Assembly: GCF_006345805.1 (NCBI RefSeq)
Contig: NC_043002.1
Location: forward strand, 36,084,001-36,148,000
Reading direction: 5' to 3'
DNA: 64,000 bases
Origin: Octopus sinensis
Taxonomy: Eukaryota
Made by a program: the position numbers and the translations under genes. The notes under the pieces are model-generated. The model was not told the DNA's origin. It saw only the letters and a list, made by a program, of their open reading frames with translations, and did no database searches. Below, piece by piece: positions 1 to 13,470 of the stretch. Numbering within the stretch: the first letter of the stretch is position 1; each line of letters begins with the position of its first letter.

Positions 1-889
1 CAGTAGTAGTAGTAGTAGTAGCATTGTTGTTGTTGTTTGTATTATTATTTTTTCTGTATGAGAACGTCAATCAATCAATAATCACTACTTAATTTAATCA
101 ACCACTTTATACTAAGAAGATTAGAGCAACTAAGTAATAATTTTGCCTCAGGAAGCAGTAATAAAGTCTTGCTGGAACAAAATGTGTTTACTATTACACT
201 GCCTTGTCTTTTCTGCAGTAATCAGCAAAACATTCAATCTATGGTCAACCTGCTCTCATTAATACATTGCATATCATACAACCAACTCTACATTGTAGAT
301 CATATAAATTACTTAAATTATATAACATCAATGTCTAATGTAGAAAAAAAAACCAGAATGTTCATACTTTACCTAGTACTCATTCTCCAAAGAAAAGCCC
401 AAATTCTGATATTTTCATAGAAAATTTAGAATCCTTTAAAAAACATTTTAAAATTCCAACCCATTTCCTGAAAATGTATGTTGCTGCTCAAAATGTTAGA
501 ATTTTCATCTCAACTGCTTGCATCAATTTTAAAAATTTTATTAAGCTAACTTTTATTGCTGCATTAACATGACTAATCTCTTTAGATTTTTGTGTTACTT
601 TTGGAAGAATAATATTTTCAATTTTAATGGTTTGATTACCATATGTATCCTTGAGTAGTACTAACCAGCACTACTGAATCAATGTTTTGAAATCAAAGCC
701 TTGTGTGTTTGTGTTCATAATAGCTTAACCTTACTTAACAGTGTTTTGTAAAAAATTATATATTATTCTGTAGCAGGGTAACATAAATGTGTAGTTCATA
801 CAACTATAGAGAGGCTCTGTGTGAGCTGTGGTTGATTTTTTATACTATCTTTTTTTTTTTTTATTGTGATTCTATCTTTTGTATTGCAG

Positions 890-1790
890 CTGAGGTTTTT
901 CGGTTGCTGCAACAGAACTCGCAGACATCTGGATTACAAGTTCCACCTGAACTGATATTGTCGAATCTGTTCCCTTCAACCAATGGTGTAGTGCCAGTAC
1001 CATCCAGTTTTCCAGATCAAGAATCCACTACTGACACAAAGTGTGCTTTCCCTTCATCCTTTCATGAACAGAGCCATCCGTCTGAAAATTTTCCTTCCCA
1101 ACTTGATTCCTCTAGCCATTTTCATTCACAGACTTCTCTTCAAAACTCCCCAGTCCAGTCCCCCCAGCAGATTCATTCAAATATTTCGTTCCAGTCCACT
1201 AATCTTCCCCAGTCATCATCAGATCACAATTTCCAGACCACCAGTCAGCTCCAGCCATCAACTGATGCCTTTTTGTCTTCTACGCGCATGGCATCTGACC
1301 AGTTACTGTCATCTTCATCGATGGGTGCCACAGCAATGGAGATGCACACCAGTGAGGACTTCCAGAACCAGGCACAGCAACTGCAGCAGACAACAGCCAC
1401 CTCACATCAACAACTGAACAATTCTTCAACTGATTATCAGTCTGCAGCAGAGATGGTTGAATCTTCAGCTGTTAAAGCCACGCCCATGTTAACAAACAGT
1501 TCTACACCCCAGTTTCAATCACAATCGCTCTATCATGAAGCTGCTACTGCATTACTACAACAACAACAACAACAACAACAGCAACAACAACAACAACAAC
1601 AGCAGCAGCAGCAACAACAGCTGCAGCAGCAGCAACAACAGCAGCTTCATCAACAACAACAGCTTCATCAGCATCAACAACAGCAACAGTTGCAACAACA
1701 ACAACAGCAGCACCAACAACAACAACAGCAACAACAAATACAGCAACAGCTGCAACAGCAACAACACAACAACAACAACAGCAGCAGCAA

Positions 1791-1825
<35 letters not shown>

Positions 1826-2190
1826 ACAACCACAACAGCAGCAACCACAACCGCAACAAACACTCCACAATAGTTCACCATTAAGTCAGCCTAATAGTCA
1901 TATTCAGTTTAATCCTGCTCAACAGTCCAACCCACCTCTTCATCATGTGAGCAATGTGTCTGACTTGTTACCAATTCAGGTGTCGCCTCCAGACCAATTT
2001 CACACTCCCTTAAAACTGTCTTTGCCAAATTCAATTTCAAAACTTGACAATCCGCAACTCAATGCACCCCCATCTGTCCAGTGTTCACCAAATGCGCAGA
2101 CATTATTACAGTCATATTTTCAGCCATCATCAGACTCTCACACAAATCCGCTACAGACAGAATCAGCACCATTGACACAGTTGTCATCTT
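890..2190 (+). CDS. Large internal coding exon of a Q/S-rich low-complexity protein (transcription-regulator-like C-terminal region); 1-nt frameshift inside polyQ at ~1766
   Basis: Pyrimidine tract + ttgcAG acceptor at 888-889 and GTGAGT donor at 2191, both phase 1. ORF 787-1884 (EVFRLLQQNSQ...polyQ) continues after a 1-nt shift as QQQ..PQPQQTLHNSSPLSQ.. into the ORF 1947-2198 frame. Upstream exons lie outside the window. Confidence 0.8.
1558..1857 (+). repeat. CAA/CAG trinucleotide repeat encoding polyglutamine
   Basis: ~300 bp of mixed CAA/CAG codons with CAT/CTG/CCA interruptions. Confidence 0.95.
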
Positions 2191-4998
2191 GTGAGTAACA
2201 AACTTCTTATCATTATTTTATTACTTAACTGCAGATATTTAATAAAAAAAAAGAAAAAATTACTGTTCTTTAGCCACAAGTCAACTCTGATCAAACAAAA
2301 TTATGATCAAAAGCACTCCAACCTGTGGCCATCACATATTCTTTTGCATTCTAGGATCACATCAGTACATCCTGTTTTTTTTTAAAGAATCAAAGGCATG
2401 GTTTGAAGATTGGGCCACTATTTTATAGAAATTTGAACAATAATATAGAGACTCCTCCATTGGATTCTTGATTTGATCTGATATTAGACTAACTACCAAC
2501 CAAAGGGTCAGTAGTTTGTATCTTGTCAATGGTTCTGTGTCATGTCTCAAAACACAGTCTCTGAGTTTGCCTAGTTGTAAGCAGGTATTATATAGCAAGA
2601 GCAAATTATGATTGAGAGGTAAAACAGCACTACAAGGTTGCTGGTAGTTTGGTTATTTAAATTCAGCTATTGAACATCATTTTTCTAGGACTCGTCAATT
2701 TAGGACAGATGTTTGTATTTTAGTCTAAGTAAGAAGTTTATACAAAGCGAAATTAAACATCAATAATCATTGGGAGTTGAACATGTGTGATGGTTAACAC
2801 TTTTGTGTATTTATCACCATACTAAGGCCACTAACCTAAATTCAACAATCAAAATAACTGAATTTTCATTCTAGCATATTCTTTCTTAATCATAGAGCAG
2901 TTGCATATCCACTAGGAAAGGGTAAAAATCATTAAAAAGATTCTTAGCAACTCCTGCCAGGTGTAGACACCAACAATGAAATTTAAAAACATTTTTTCAA
3001 AATGTTTTTATGAAATGGCTTATCTAACTGTTGAGTTTATATATTTAGTGGTTAATGCACTTGGATTTCAACTAGAATTTCTGTACGATCAATCCCTGTC
3101 AATTTCTCACTCTAAATATTTTTCAGTAGTTGCCCTGTGTTAGGTTCAATTCTTGCTTATCTTCATGATGGATGGGTTACAGCAAGCTGACTTGTCCTTA
3201 AGACAACCTCATGAATGTGAAGTTTTCAGAACTGCACCTACAACCCCATTAGACTATAAGACAGGAGAATTGTTGTAATGTATTTTATTTCATACAACAG
3301 TCTGAACAAAGGTTTGCTGCAGAAAGTTTGTGAGTTAGAACAAGTTCAAAAGCAGTGCAACATTTTAAGAATTCCATTAACTTAGTATCTTCTTTTTCCT
3401 GTGGCATACAAACTTACTCAAACTCATATAATGTAATCATTTTTGCTGATACAGACCACCACCTGATTCTTTGGACTCTGATATTTTCATTTACTGCAGA
3501 AAGTTGAAAATAATCTGCATTATTTGAACTATTGATAATGTAATTTAAATGAGTAGAAAGAGGTATAAAGAGCAGTTACACTCTTTATACCTCCTTCTAA
3601 CTGGAACTTTTACATTATCAAAGTATAGCAGTGAGAGTGATATAAAGGAACATGTGCGAAATCTAAGTAGCTTGTTAATAAACTGATGTGTAATTATTCT
3701 TTAAATAGGCCTGCAACCACTGATACATAGGTTACTCAAAATGTTCATGCCATTTATTTGTGATAGTGTAAATACTGATGCAAATGAATTAGAGGCTAAG
3801 AATTTATCATCAATACCGTCGTGCCTTTCTTGGGATAAACTTACTTAGGCCATTAAGATATAATAGTGGAATCATCATCATATTTGTTCTTATTAGATCT
3901 TTCATAGTTGAACAAAATTTTCACCTGGTTGTGGATATCATTGCATCATGTGTTAAACCCTTATCAACCCAATTTGCCCAAGACCAACTTCCGTCCTGTG
4001 TTACCCACTTTCCCCAAGCTGCTGACAGCAAATTATTCACAAATTAAAATCTCATCTAAAATATAATTAAATAAATGTTAATGAGATTATTTTGTTAAAT
4101 TATATTGCAAATACTAGCTTAAGTGCTTTTTCTTTTCTTTTTTCTTTTTTTAAAATTAAATAATTCTCCCCACTTTCTTTTCAAATTTTTTATAGAAATA
4201 ACGTCATAGAAGGAAATATTTTTTCAATCATTTCATGATTGAAACATTGTGTTGTAGAGCTACTTCATCCATGTCAGTAGGGGATTAAAAGTATGGAGAT
4301 GATTATGATGATAAGAATGTTTTAATTACTTAAATCAATTGCTTTTAAAGATTTATTTCCTTCTGACTATTAATAATGGTTCAGAAATTCACTTCAAGAT
4401 CCAGAAGCTCCTAGGTTTGATCCCACTGCATGCCATCTTGAGCAAATGTGATTTTCTGTGGCCTCAAGTCAACCCGTACATTGTAAGTGAAATTATGTAG
4501 ATGGAAACTGTATAGAAGCTCATTGGACAAAGAGTACCTCCAATTCAAAAGGTACTCCTTGTCATGTGCTGTGACACACTGATTCTGCTTGAGAATTACA
4601 TTAAGGATGAACATGTCTTTAAAATGTTCAGCCATTAGATGTCAATTCAGGAGCACGTAGTTTTAGTTAACTGTGAAACCGAATCTTTATCATTGAATGA
4701 CAGAGATCCACCACTACCATCACTTATCATACAAACCTGAGGTAGAACTTTGTGTTTGTACTTTACCCGGTGAACCAAACTTGCTTATTGGCATAAAAAC
4801 AGTGACAGAAGCAAGATATGAGTTTATGACCATGTGGTCAAACGTCCAGTATCTTAATCTCATAACTATTGTGTCATATGTTATCTCCATATCATAAATG
4901 TTCTGTCAGCTTTCTTTGTAATGTTACAATTGCTATGATTTTTTTGTGCCTTAATTTGTAGTTCATCTTTTAAAATTTTTTTTTTTTTTCATTTCTAG

Positions 4999-5175
4999 CT
5001 TTGACTGGTACATCTGGACCACAAATCATCATTGTTGGTAATCCACGCCCTGTTTCTGGGCGAAATAATGTCTTCAGTTTAGGAGGAAGTTCTCAGCAAC
5101 CAGCACCAAGTATTTTCATCATCCCATCATTATCAGCCAATAACGTTAGTGCTGTCTCTCAACAAGACGGTGATG
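4999..5175 (+). CDS. Penultimate coding exon of the Q-rich gene (LTGTSGPQIIIVGNP...SQQDGD)
   Basis: Long T tract + ttctAG at 4997-4998; phase 1 matches the previous exon; donor g|GTAACT at 5176 (alternative g|GTGATG at 5170, same phase). Confidence 0.75.
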
Positions 5176-5551
5176 GTAACTATAATTTTTTCCTGGATAT
5201 TTAATCTCTTAGCTCTTCTTTATCTTCAATAATGTCAACATATTTCCAAAGCTGTCACTGAATTCAAGGTAATCAAAAACAAATCTTTCAGTGACAAACT
5301 TCACAAAGTCTTAAACAGTTGGCCTGAAGTTTGGTAATTATTATTGTAACCACTATTATATTGTTGGCATCTTTGACCAAAGCAATTTTCAATAATCTAT
5401 GTCATCACCATATTACAGCTTTTTTAAAATTTATTTTAGGATGCAGGAAGTTTTTCAATATATTTTCAACAGCAGTTATAATTACCTTGACTAGACATTT
5501 CTTTATGCACCTGAGCAGTTGTAGTGCACCTGAGCACTATACACAATAATT

Positions 5552-5598
<47 letters not shown>

Positions 5599-5723
5599 CT
5601 AAAGAAAAATCAGTGTATAATATACACATAAGATATTTTTTACTTTTGGGACCTTTTAGCCCATAATTAGTAGTGCATATTATATACAAGCGTGTATTAT
5701 ACTCAAATAAATAGGATAAATGG

Positions 5724-5757
5724 ATCACTTCTTGGCCTTTTGGCTAAGATCAGAGTG
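5724..5757 (+). pseudogene. U2: U2 snRNA 5' fragment (first ~33 nt), retro-pseudogene
   Basis: atcacttcttggccttttggctaagatcagagtgt vs canonical U2 ATCGCTTCTCGGCCTTTTGGCTAAGATCAAGTGT: two CpG-type transitions and one inserted G. Confidence 0.85.
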
Positions 5758-5759
5758 TT

Positions 5760-5950
5760 ATGTGAGCTTGAAGTAAATGAGACTTGTTGGTAGAGGGAGA
5801 CAGAGGAAGATTTTGGACAAAGTAATGAAGACAGATCAAAAACTGTTATAACTCACAAAGGAAATGACAAAGACCACATTGACTGGTCGTATGGTGTGTG
5901 GGAGAAGACCCACTTCTTGCTCACTCAGGCATGTCAAAACAGATATTAAA
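5760..5950 (+). mobile_element. Degenerate RTE-clade LINE 3' end (ORF C-terminus) fused to the U2 fragment
   Basis: Translates GRGRQRKILDKVMKTDQKLL*LTKEMTK...YGVWEKT, resembling the C-terminus of the RTE copy read on the - strand at ~34830-34980. Confidence 0.6.
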
Positions 5951-5982
5951 ATTTATGTTAGCTATATTTGTGTATGTGTGTG

Positions 5983-6530
5983 TCATCATCATCATCATCG
6001 TTTAACGTCCATTTTCCATGCTAGCATGGGTTGGACGGTTCGACTGGGGTCTGGGAAGCCAGAAGGCTGCACCAGGCTCCAGTCTGATCTGGCAGTGTTT
6101 CTACAGCTGGATGCCCTTCCCAACGCCAACTACTCCGTGAGTGTAGTGGGTGCTTTTTACATGACATTGGCACAGGTGCCAGGCTAGGCTGGCAACGGCC
6201 ACAATTGGTTGGTGCTTTTTATGTACCATCGGCACAGAAGCCAGTCAAGGCGGCGCTGGCATCAGCCCCGTTTGGATGGTGCTTTTTACATGCCACCGGT
6301 ACAGGGATCACAACTACAATTTCCATAGATTTTTGATGTTGATGTACTTGACTCAATAGGTCTCCTCAAGCACAGGGTTGAAACGGTGTTTCTTTACTTG
6401 CCACCTGCACAGGAGTCAGTCCAGCGGCACTGGCAACTGCCAGGTGCCAGTCATAGGATTGGTTCAATTTCGATTCTGATTTCACTTGCTCCAACAGGTC
6501 TTCGCAAGCAGAGTTTAGTGTCCAATATAT
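5983..6530 (-). mobile_element. RTE LINE 3' UTR with (GAT)n tail
   Basis: (cat)n-cgtttaacgtcc..ttccatgctagcatggg..ctacagctggatgcccttcc; same family as 15397, 31960, 34192 and 38880. Confidence 0.85.
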
Positions 6531-6718
6531 ATTCAAAGGACTTCTTTCAGTTTCCATCTACCAAGTCCACTCAAAACTTTGGTCAGCCCAGTAAAAAAAA
6601 ATGGAATTACATAATATCAACAACAATAACTAGCACTTGTCTTCAATAAATAACAGCAGATGAGTTATTTACATATTTTCCTGACATTGTTTTGTTTTTT
6701 TTCTCATTCTTCTTCTAG

Positions 6719-6876
6719 TGATGTCACTTCTTGAATCCTTTCTTCGAGGAAACAGTAACAACAACAATAGCAGCAACACCAACAGTAACAACAACAGTAA
6801 CAACAGCAACAGAAATAACGCTAACAACAGTAACAACAGCAGCAGTAACAACAACAACAACAATCTTCAGTCATAG
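6719..6876 (+). CDS. Terminal coding exon of the Q-rich gene (VMSLLESFLRGNSNNN...NNLQS*), Asn-rich
   Basis: Pyrimidine tract + ttctAG at 6717-6718; phase 1 compatible; open frame to TAG at 6874-6876. Confidence 0.75.
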
Positions 6877-8219
6877 CACAAAACAGCGACGAATGCATTT
6901 TCTACAATTTTGCAGAATGTAAAGCCGACATTCTCACTGTTCTTGGTTAACTCTATCTAACACTAATGTCGGTTGAGTGAGGGGCAGTTGTGCCTGAGGT
7001 GAGAGAATGCAGTTAGGGATTTCAATTAGCCGACTTGCATCTAATCCCCCTCTATTCCCCATTAAACCAGTATTCCTTGTCCTGTAAATAATGGAACGAC
7101 CGTAAAGTGGTGCGTTTCATTTTTTAAAAAAATTTTTTTCTTTTAATCCTTGTAGGTGAACCTTGATTGGGGGAAGCAATATTTGGCTGTGAGTAAAATG
7201 TTCATAAGATTTTTAAAAAATGAAAAAAATGCATAAAAATAAATGTAAAGACAATAACAGTGCTGTCAGCATTAACACCTCCACCAACACTATTATTACT
7301 ACTACCATCACTATAACTATCAATGGACATCTTCATCATTATCATCAGCATCATTGTCGTCGCTGTCATCATCATCATCATCATCATCATCATTATCATC
7401 ATCATCAATGTAGCAGCATCTTAATCAACAGAAAATGAGTAAACAATACAGAAAATACAATATATGAAGAAAATAATATGATGGAGTATCACATGGTGTA
7501 TACATATGTATGTGTGTGGTACATGTATGTGTATGTATATGAATATGTATGTGCATCTATATACGTGTATGTATATGTATACATACATATATGTATGAAT
7601 ACATATATGTGTATATGTATATATGTATGCGTATATGAATATACATGTGTGTGTGAATGTATATTTTCAGTGATTAGTACTCTAATTGTTCATTTACCTG
7701 CACTGCTTATTCATTGAATTGTAATTGGCTGAGTATTCCTAGACACCTGAACCCTTAATATAATCCTCAGATAGAATCAATAACAATGCTGAACCTTTGA
7801 ATTACTTATAGAGTCCAATTTGACAGTTTTTATCTCCCCAGTTTCACTTACAAGATGATAAAAACACACGCACGATATCATACATAGAGATTGCACCTAT
7901 GGCCTAATGATTGCAAAGCAAACTTCTTAGCCACATGGCTATGTCTGCATTCATATATATATATATAAACAAATGTTATTGCTATGGAATCCATAATGGT
8001 GGATATGTGTGCTTGATCATAAGTTTAAGAAACTATTACATTATACACACTGATAATCACATACCAACGAAAACCAGTGTGTTGGTCCAATAGTAAGACA
8101 AATTGAGACAATTCTTAAACTCTGATTCTGAGGTTGAGTCTTAGAGCAATTCTTAAAGACCCATAGAAGGATGAGAACTCAGCACTACAAGCTAACAAGG
8201 CGTTTTTCTGTTCTTTTGA

Positions 8220-8510
8220 GTCTGAGAAAGACCACTCTGAAAATTTCTTGCTGACCAAGCTGCACAGAAAGGATTTGTTGATAGCGATCAAATGTTTGTG
8301 CTGTACAAGAGCTCACTCCCTCCATCAAATCAACATTGCCTGTACAAGTGCATGGTGTGTTACACATTAGATGTTGAAGTGATTGCAGAGCAATGTGAAG
8401 TGAAGTGTTTTGCTCAAGAACAAAAATGCACCGCTCAGTCTGGGAATTGAAACCATTAACTTGCAATCATGAGTGCAACACCCTAATCACTCGGCCATGC
8501 ACCCTCACAT
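8220..8510 (-). mobile_element. tRNA-derived SINE; related copies ~36355-36670, 62540-62840, 63285-63400
   Basis: Shared gggaattgaa-acc...gagtgcaacaccctaa-cact-ggccatgc (reverse complement of a tRNA-like A/B-box head) in several dispersed copies. Confidence 0.65.
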
Positions 8511-9082
8511 TTTGTCTATTAACAAATTATTAACAGTGCTGATGCTTATACTGGTAAGTTGTTCCTAGTGTGTGGTACTTATTTGTGACTTAGTGTATTG
8601 GATTATTTTACAGTAAAGTGTCTTGACCATGGATACTGCCTAGTGAAGAGAATATGTTAAATATCTGTCCTAACTTTGAGAGATTAATTTTTAATTTTTT
8701 TTTTTTTAAACTATCCACCACCACCTCCCTCAACTCTTCTTTGATAGTCACTAACAATTGCCATTAAGTGGCAAATATCAGTCAAAGAAATTTTTTGCAT
8801 ACAACATTCTGTACATTACCTCGTAACTTATTTACCTGTCTGTTTTATGGCTGTGTGTGTGCGTGTGTGTGTTTGTGTCCAAGCCAAAGTAGTATAGACA
8901 AAAACTGCTGTTACAGTTATATCATTGTTGTTGATGATGATGATTATGATGATAACACTATGTGTTTTTGTATATGTTGATACAATACATATGTATATGC
9001 ATTGTTTATAATTATACATTTGCTTATTTACAAACGTAATTATAAATACATATATATATATATTACTATATATGTTCATAAT

Positions 9083-9123
<41 letters not shown>

Positions 9124-10698
9124 TCACATTCATGCATACTTAATTGCATGTATGTGCATTTATGCACACACACACACATATGCATGTATGTATGTATATA
9201 TGTGTGTGTATGTGTATTCATATATACATATGTATATATATATATATATGTGTTTGTATATAATTATGTTCACATACAACATTGAAACATAGACATGTGT
9301 TGCACACATTCATATATACACATAAATATAGACAAAAATAAAAATGATGGAAAAAAATACACAAAAATGGTGCTAATGTATACACTGTCACCATTAGAAA
9401 CACATTTTGCCTGGTTCTCATCTCATTTCTCTTATATTGTTATCTTTCTTCATCTTCTCTTCATTCAAACCCTCCTTATGTTTTATTGTTTTAATAAACT
9501 TATTCAGTTTCATCTAAAATTCACTTTTTTTCAACATCTGATCCTTTTTTTTTCAGCTTCTTTTCTCTTGTATCTAAAAGCTTTTCTGAGCAATTTCAAA
9601 AGGCATGTATGTATGTGTTTCATGCTATATTATGTACAATCTATGTTGAGCTTATCCTTACATACAGTTGTTTGTGTATATGCACTATTGTATGTATACA
9701 ATTCTCTGTGTGTGTGTGTGTGTGTGTGAGTGTGTGCTGCTGCTGTACGAGTGTGTATATCTGTATGAATATGTTCAGATGCATGTATATGTATACTGTT
9801 GTGCATTGGAATTAATATAGTCACATGTATAAAGCCTTGTGGCCAAGCTAGAAATCAGTATAGTCATATGTATATTGACATATTCATCTCTCAGATTCCT
9901 TACTATCTCTTTCTCTTTCTTACACTTTCTTTCCTTTATTTTCTCTGTATGTATATGTTTGCAGATGTATATGTATATTTAACTTAAAGTGTGTGCATGT
10001 ATGTATGTATGTATATATATGTGTGTATGTATGTATATATACATATATATGTATGTATATATGTATGTGTATATACATATGTATGTATTATGTATATTTA
10101 AGAATTTGCTTTGACTGGTCCAGCTCTATTGTGCATCACTCCTGCCTATATTTTTCAAATCAACCAATTTACATATGTGGACTACATTTGAAACTTCATT
10201 GAGATATTTGTATCCCTTCTCCACAGGATGCTATTTGAACCAACCTGGATAATTTTCTCAAACATCATCTCATTTCACTCACCAAGTGATGCTGTTAAGT
10301 CAGCCATGTTCTCATCTGCTGCAACACAAATATATAATATATTTTTTTGTGTGTGTTTACAAATTTATACACATTTCTGTAGAATGTAAATTTCTAAATG
10401 TGTGTGTTGGGTATGAATATCTGTATATCTATATGCATGGCTTTATGCATAAGAATGTGTAGTACATGAGTGTATATATATTTACGTAAGTTTATACATA
10501 TGAAGGGATGTGTATGCGTTTAGAAACCAGCATACATGTCTCTGTACCCACAACACATATCTTTATATATATATGTGTGTATGTATGTGTCTTTATAAAT
10601 CCATTACATGTATGTATATAAACATATATGCCTATACACAAGGATTTTTGTTTAAGACTAACATTTAAATTAAATTAGAATTAAAATGTGTATACATA

Positions 10699-10770
<72 letters not shown>

Positions 10771-11149
10771 GTATATATTGATCAGTCAAGTGTTTTATTG
10801 GATAATAATGTTACCCCACCTCTGATTTTTTTATTTGGGTTTTGTTTGATTGACTGATCTATACTGTATTACAAAGAAATATTTAACTATTATTAACAAC
10901 GAGTACCTCGCATGTTCTTCAATTTATCTCCACACCAATTTCCACTCTCATTTTTCTTCATTGTTCAATTTTCAAAACCAACTATTTTAAACATATACAC
11001 ACATACATATATAATCCTCATATATTTTTCTTTCTTCTTTATTCACTTTTTATTTTTTACTTTATTAGTATATTTTACTAACAATCCTCATGGAAACATA
11101 TATGATGGACAATCTGTAGCTATAACATAAAGCGCTCAAAAGACAAGTG

Positions 11150-11850
11150 ATTGTGTTGCATCTGTTTTTACAAAATTGTCTGGAGTCAAGAGCAGTCTGC
11201 CATTACAACTGTTGCACAAAATTGCTTACAGTCATGGACAGTCTGCCATCAGTACTTCATGTGTTGTGCATAGTTGCTTGCAGTCATGGATAGTCTGTTA
11301 TTTGTATGGCATCAGTTGTACAGAATTGCATGCTGTCATGGACACTCTGCCATTTGTATTGCAGTTCTATAGTCATTGAACAGTCTGTCATCTGTTTTGC
11401 ATCTACTGTACAGAATTACTTGCAAATATTAACTCTATTATCTATATTACATCTGTTATACATGATCAGTCACCTACAACCATGATCTGTCTGTCATCTG
11501 TATTGCATTTATTGCATGTGATTATCTGCAATCATGCATAACCTGCAAAACAATTCATTAATTATCTCTTATCAAAACTGCTGGCCAAAATCAATTGTAG
11601 TTGTTAACTACATTTGTTGCACAGAACCAATTACAGTCCGTCATCTATTGCTTAGAGTCATTTAAAGTCATTAAATATCTCATATATATTTACCTTGTTC
11701 ACTTCTACAAAATCTACAATGCTCATTAAATATTTGATATCCCATTGATTTTGTCTGTTCCACAGAATCATTGGCACTCATTAAATATCTAACATCTAGT
11801 CAACTTCATTTGTTCTCCAGAATCTACAGCATTCATTAAATGTATGGCAT
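11150..11850. repeat. Old degenerate ~55-60 bp tandem repeat
   Basis: Recurrent cagtcatggacagtctgccatc...tgttgcacagaatt motif with ~57 bp spacing. Confidence 0.6.
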
Positions 11851-12181
11851 ATTGAATCCATTTTAAATGGTTTCCTTTGTTTTTTTCAACTTCCAAACCT
11901 TAAGGTGACAATGGTTACATGTCATCTGCATGCGGTAGTCTTGCCAGTCTCTTCAGTAATTCAGAGCTGCCAAATGACACATAACTATAGAGTTAATTGC
12001 CAGTATTAGCTCACATTACACTACAAGGATAAGATTTGGGGGATATTACTACTTGTGTTGATAGTCATGTTAGCAATTTCATGACAAATAGTGCATCAGT
12101 CAAAAATGTGGCTTGACTGATCATAAGTGCCAATGCTCAGTAGCTTCCAAAAAAGAAAGAGAAAGAAATGGATTAATTTAA

Positions 12182-12382
12182 CCCTTTAGTATTCAGGTTA
12201 CTCTGTCAAATGTAATACTTATTCATTCACATTGTTTCGAGTTAAATCATATCCTCAAGAGTTCGATGATGTGATTTTTTTATTTTTAGATTATTAGAAT
12301 GATATTGTAGAGTGGGTGTGAAAGGCCAGCTCTGGCTTGTTTTAACATAAAACTGGATATAATTGGTTTAAATACTAAAGGG
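12182..12382. mobile_element. piggyBac-type MITE
   Basis: TTAA|CCCTTTAGTATT ... AATACTAAAGGG|TTAT; same family as the split copy at 38857-44500. Confidence 0.7.
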
Positions 12383-12869
12383 TTATTAGAGTTCATTTCA
12401 TTGAGCAGTGTGATGGCTAAAGTGAATGACAGTGAAAACATCTCTTACACTTGATAGTGATTCTGAGATCGAGGAGAGAAAGAGAGAAAGTAAAACAAAA
12501 TTGCCAAAAACAATAGTCCTAAAACAGATGCATTTTTCAGTATTTGGTTTGTAGCCTCTTATGTTTGCGATTGTCCTTCCTGGAGGTCAATAGAATAATT
12601 GTAATATACTAGTGCTTAGTTCAGTTAAGTGTGATCCCTTTCTCTTAATTGTGAATCCTGCCTTCTCCTAACAAATGTTGGCCTCTTATGGCTAGAAAAA
12701 CACAATGTGAAATATTTATATTCAGAGAATTTGCTCATCCAGTAGCTAAAATATCATTTTGTTTTCTTTTTGAAAATTTCTTATTTTGTTTTTCTTTGAG
12801 TTTTTAATATCTGTTTTTATTGTTATTTTTCACATCTACAGTTGCTATTAAAACATTGTGATATTCATT

Positions 12870-12872
12870 TTC

Positions 12873-12928
<56 letters not shown>

Positions 12929-12979
12929 ATGTATGTGTGTGTGTATGCATGTATATATATATGTGTGTGTATATATATA

Positions 12980-13014
<35 letters not shown>

Positions 13015-13110
13015 GTGTGTGTGTGTATATATATATATATTATATATATATATATAAGTGTATATATATATATACATATGTGTATATATATATATATATA
13101 TATGTGTATG

Positions 13111-13154
<44 letters not shown>

Positions 13155-13400
13155 ATGGAAAACATTTTTTTCTTGTTTTGACTTTAAACCACTGTGAAGC
13201 AAAAGTCAGTCATCCAAGAAGAAAATAATATTTTTTCTGAATTTAAACCAAAATATCTATCTTGAATATTTACAAACAGTAAAAATGAAGAATTACATAA
13301 TTCTTTTTTTTTCTTTCTTATGTATTGTATGAATCTACTAATCTTTATATCTTGTTCACCAGCTATTATCACATTTAATGTGTCTATGTATGTATGCATG

Positions 13401-13470
<70 letters not shown>

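Noticed and set aside
787-889. ATG 787 as the start of the Q-rich protein
   Set aside because: The segment is a T-rich intron end with an AG acceptor at 888-889; the true start lies upstream of the window.
1535-1881. PolyN, polyL, polyC and polyV ORFs overlapping the polyQ tract
   Set aside because: Alternative-frame and antisense readings of the CAA/CAG repeat.
890-6876. Naming the Q-rich gene (an NFAT5-like C-terminus was considered)
   Set aside because: No diagnostic domain lies in the window; low-complexity composition alone is insufficient.
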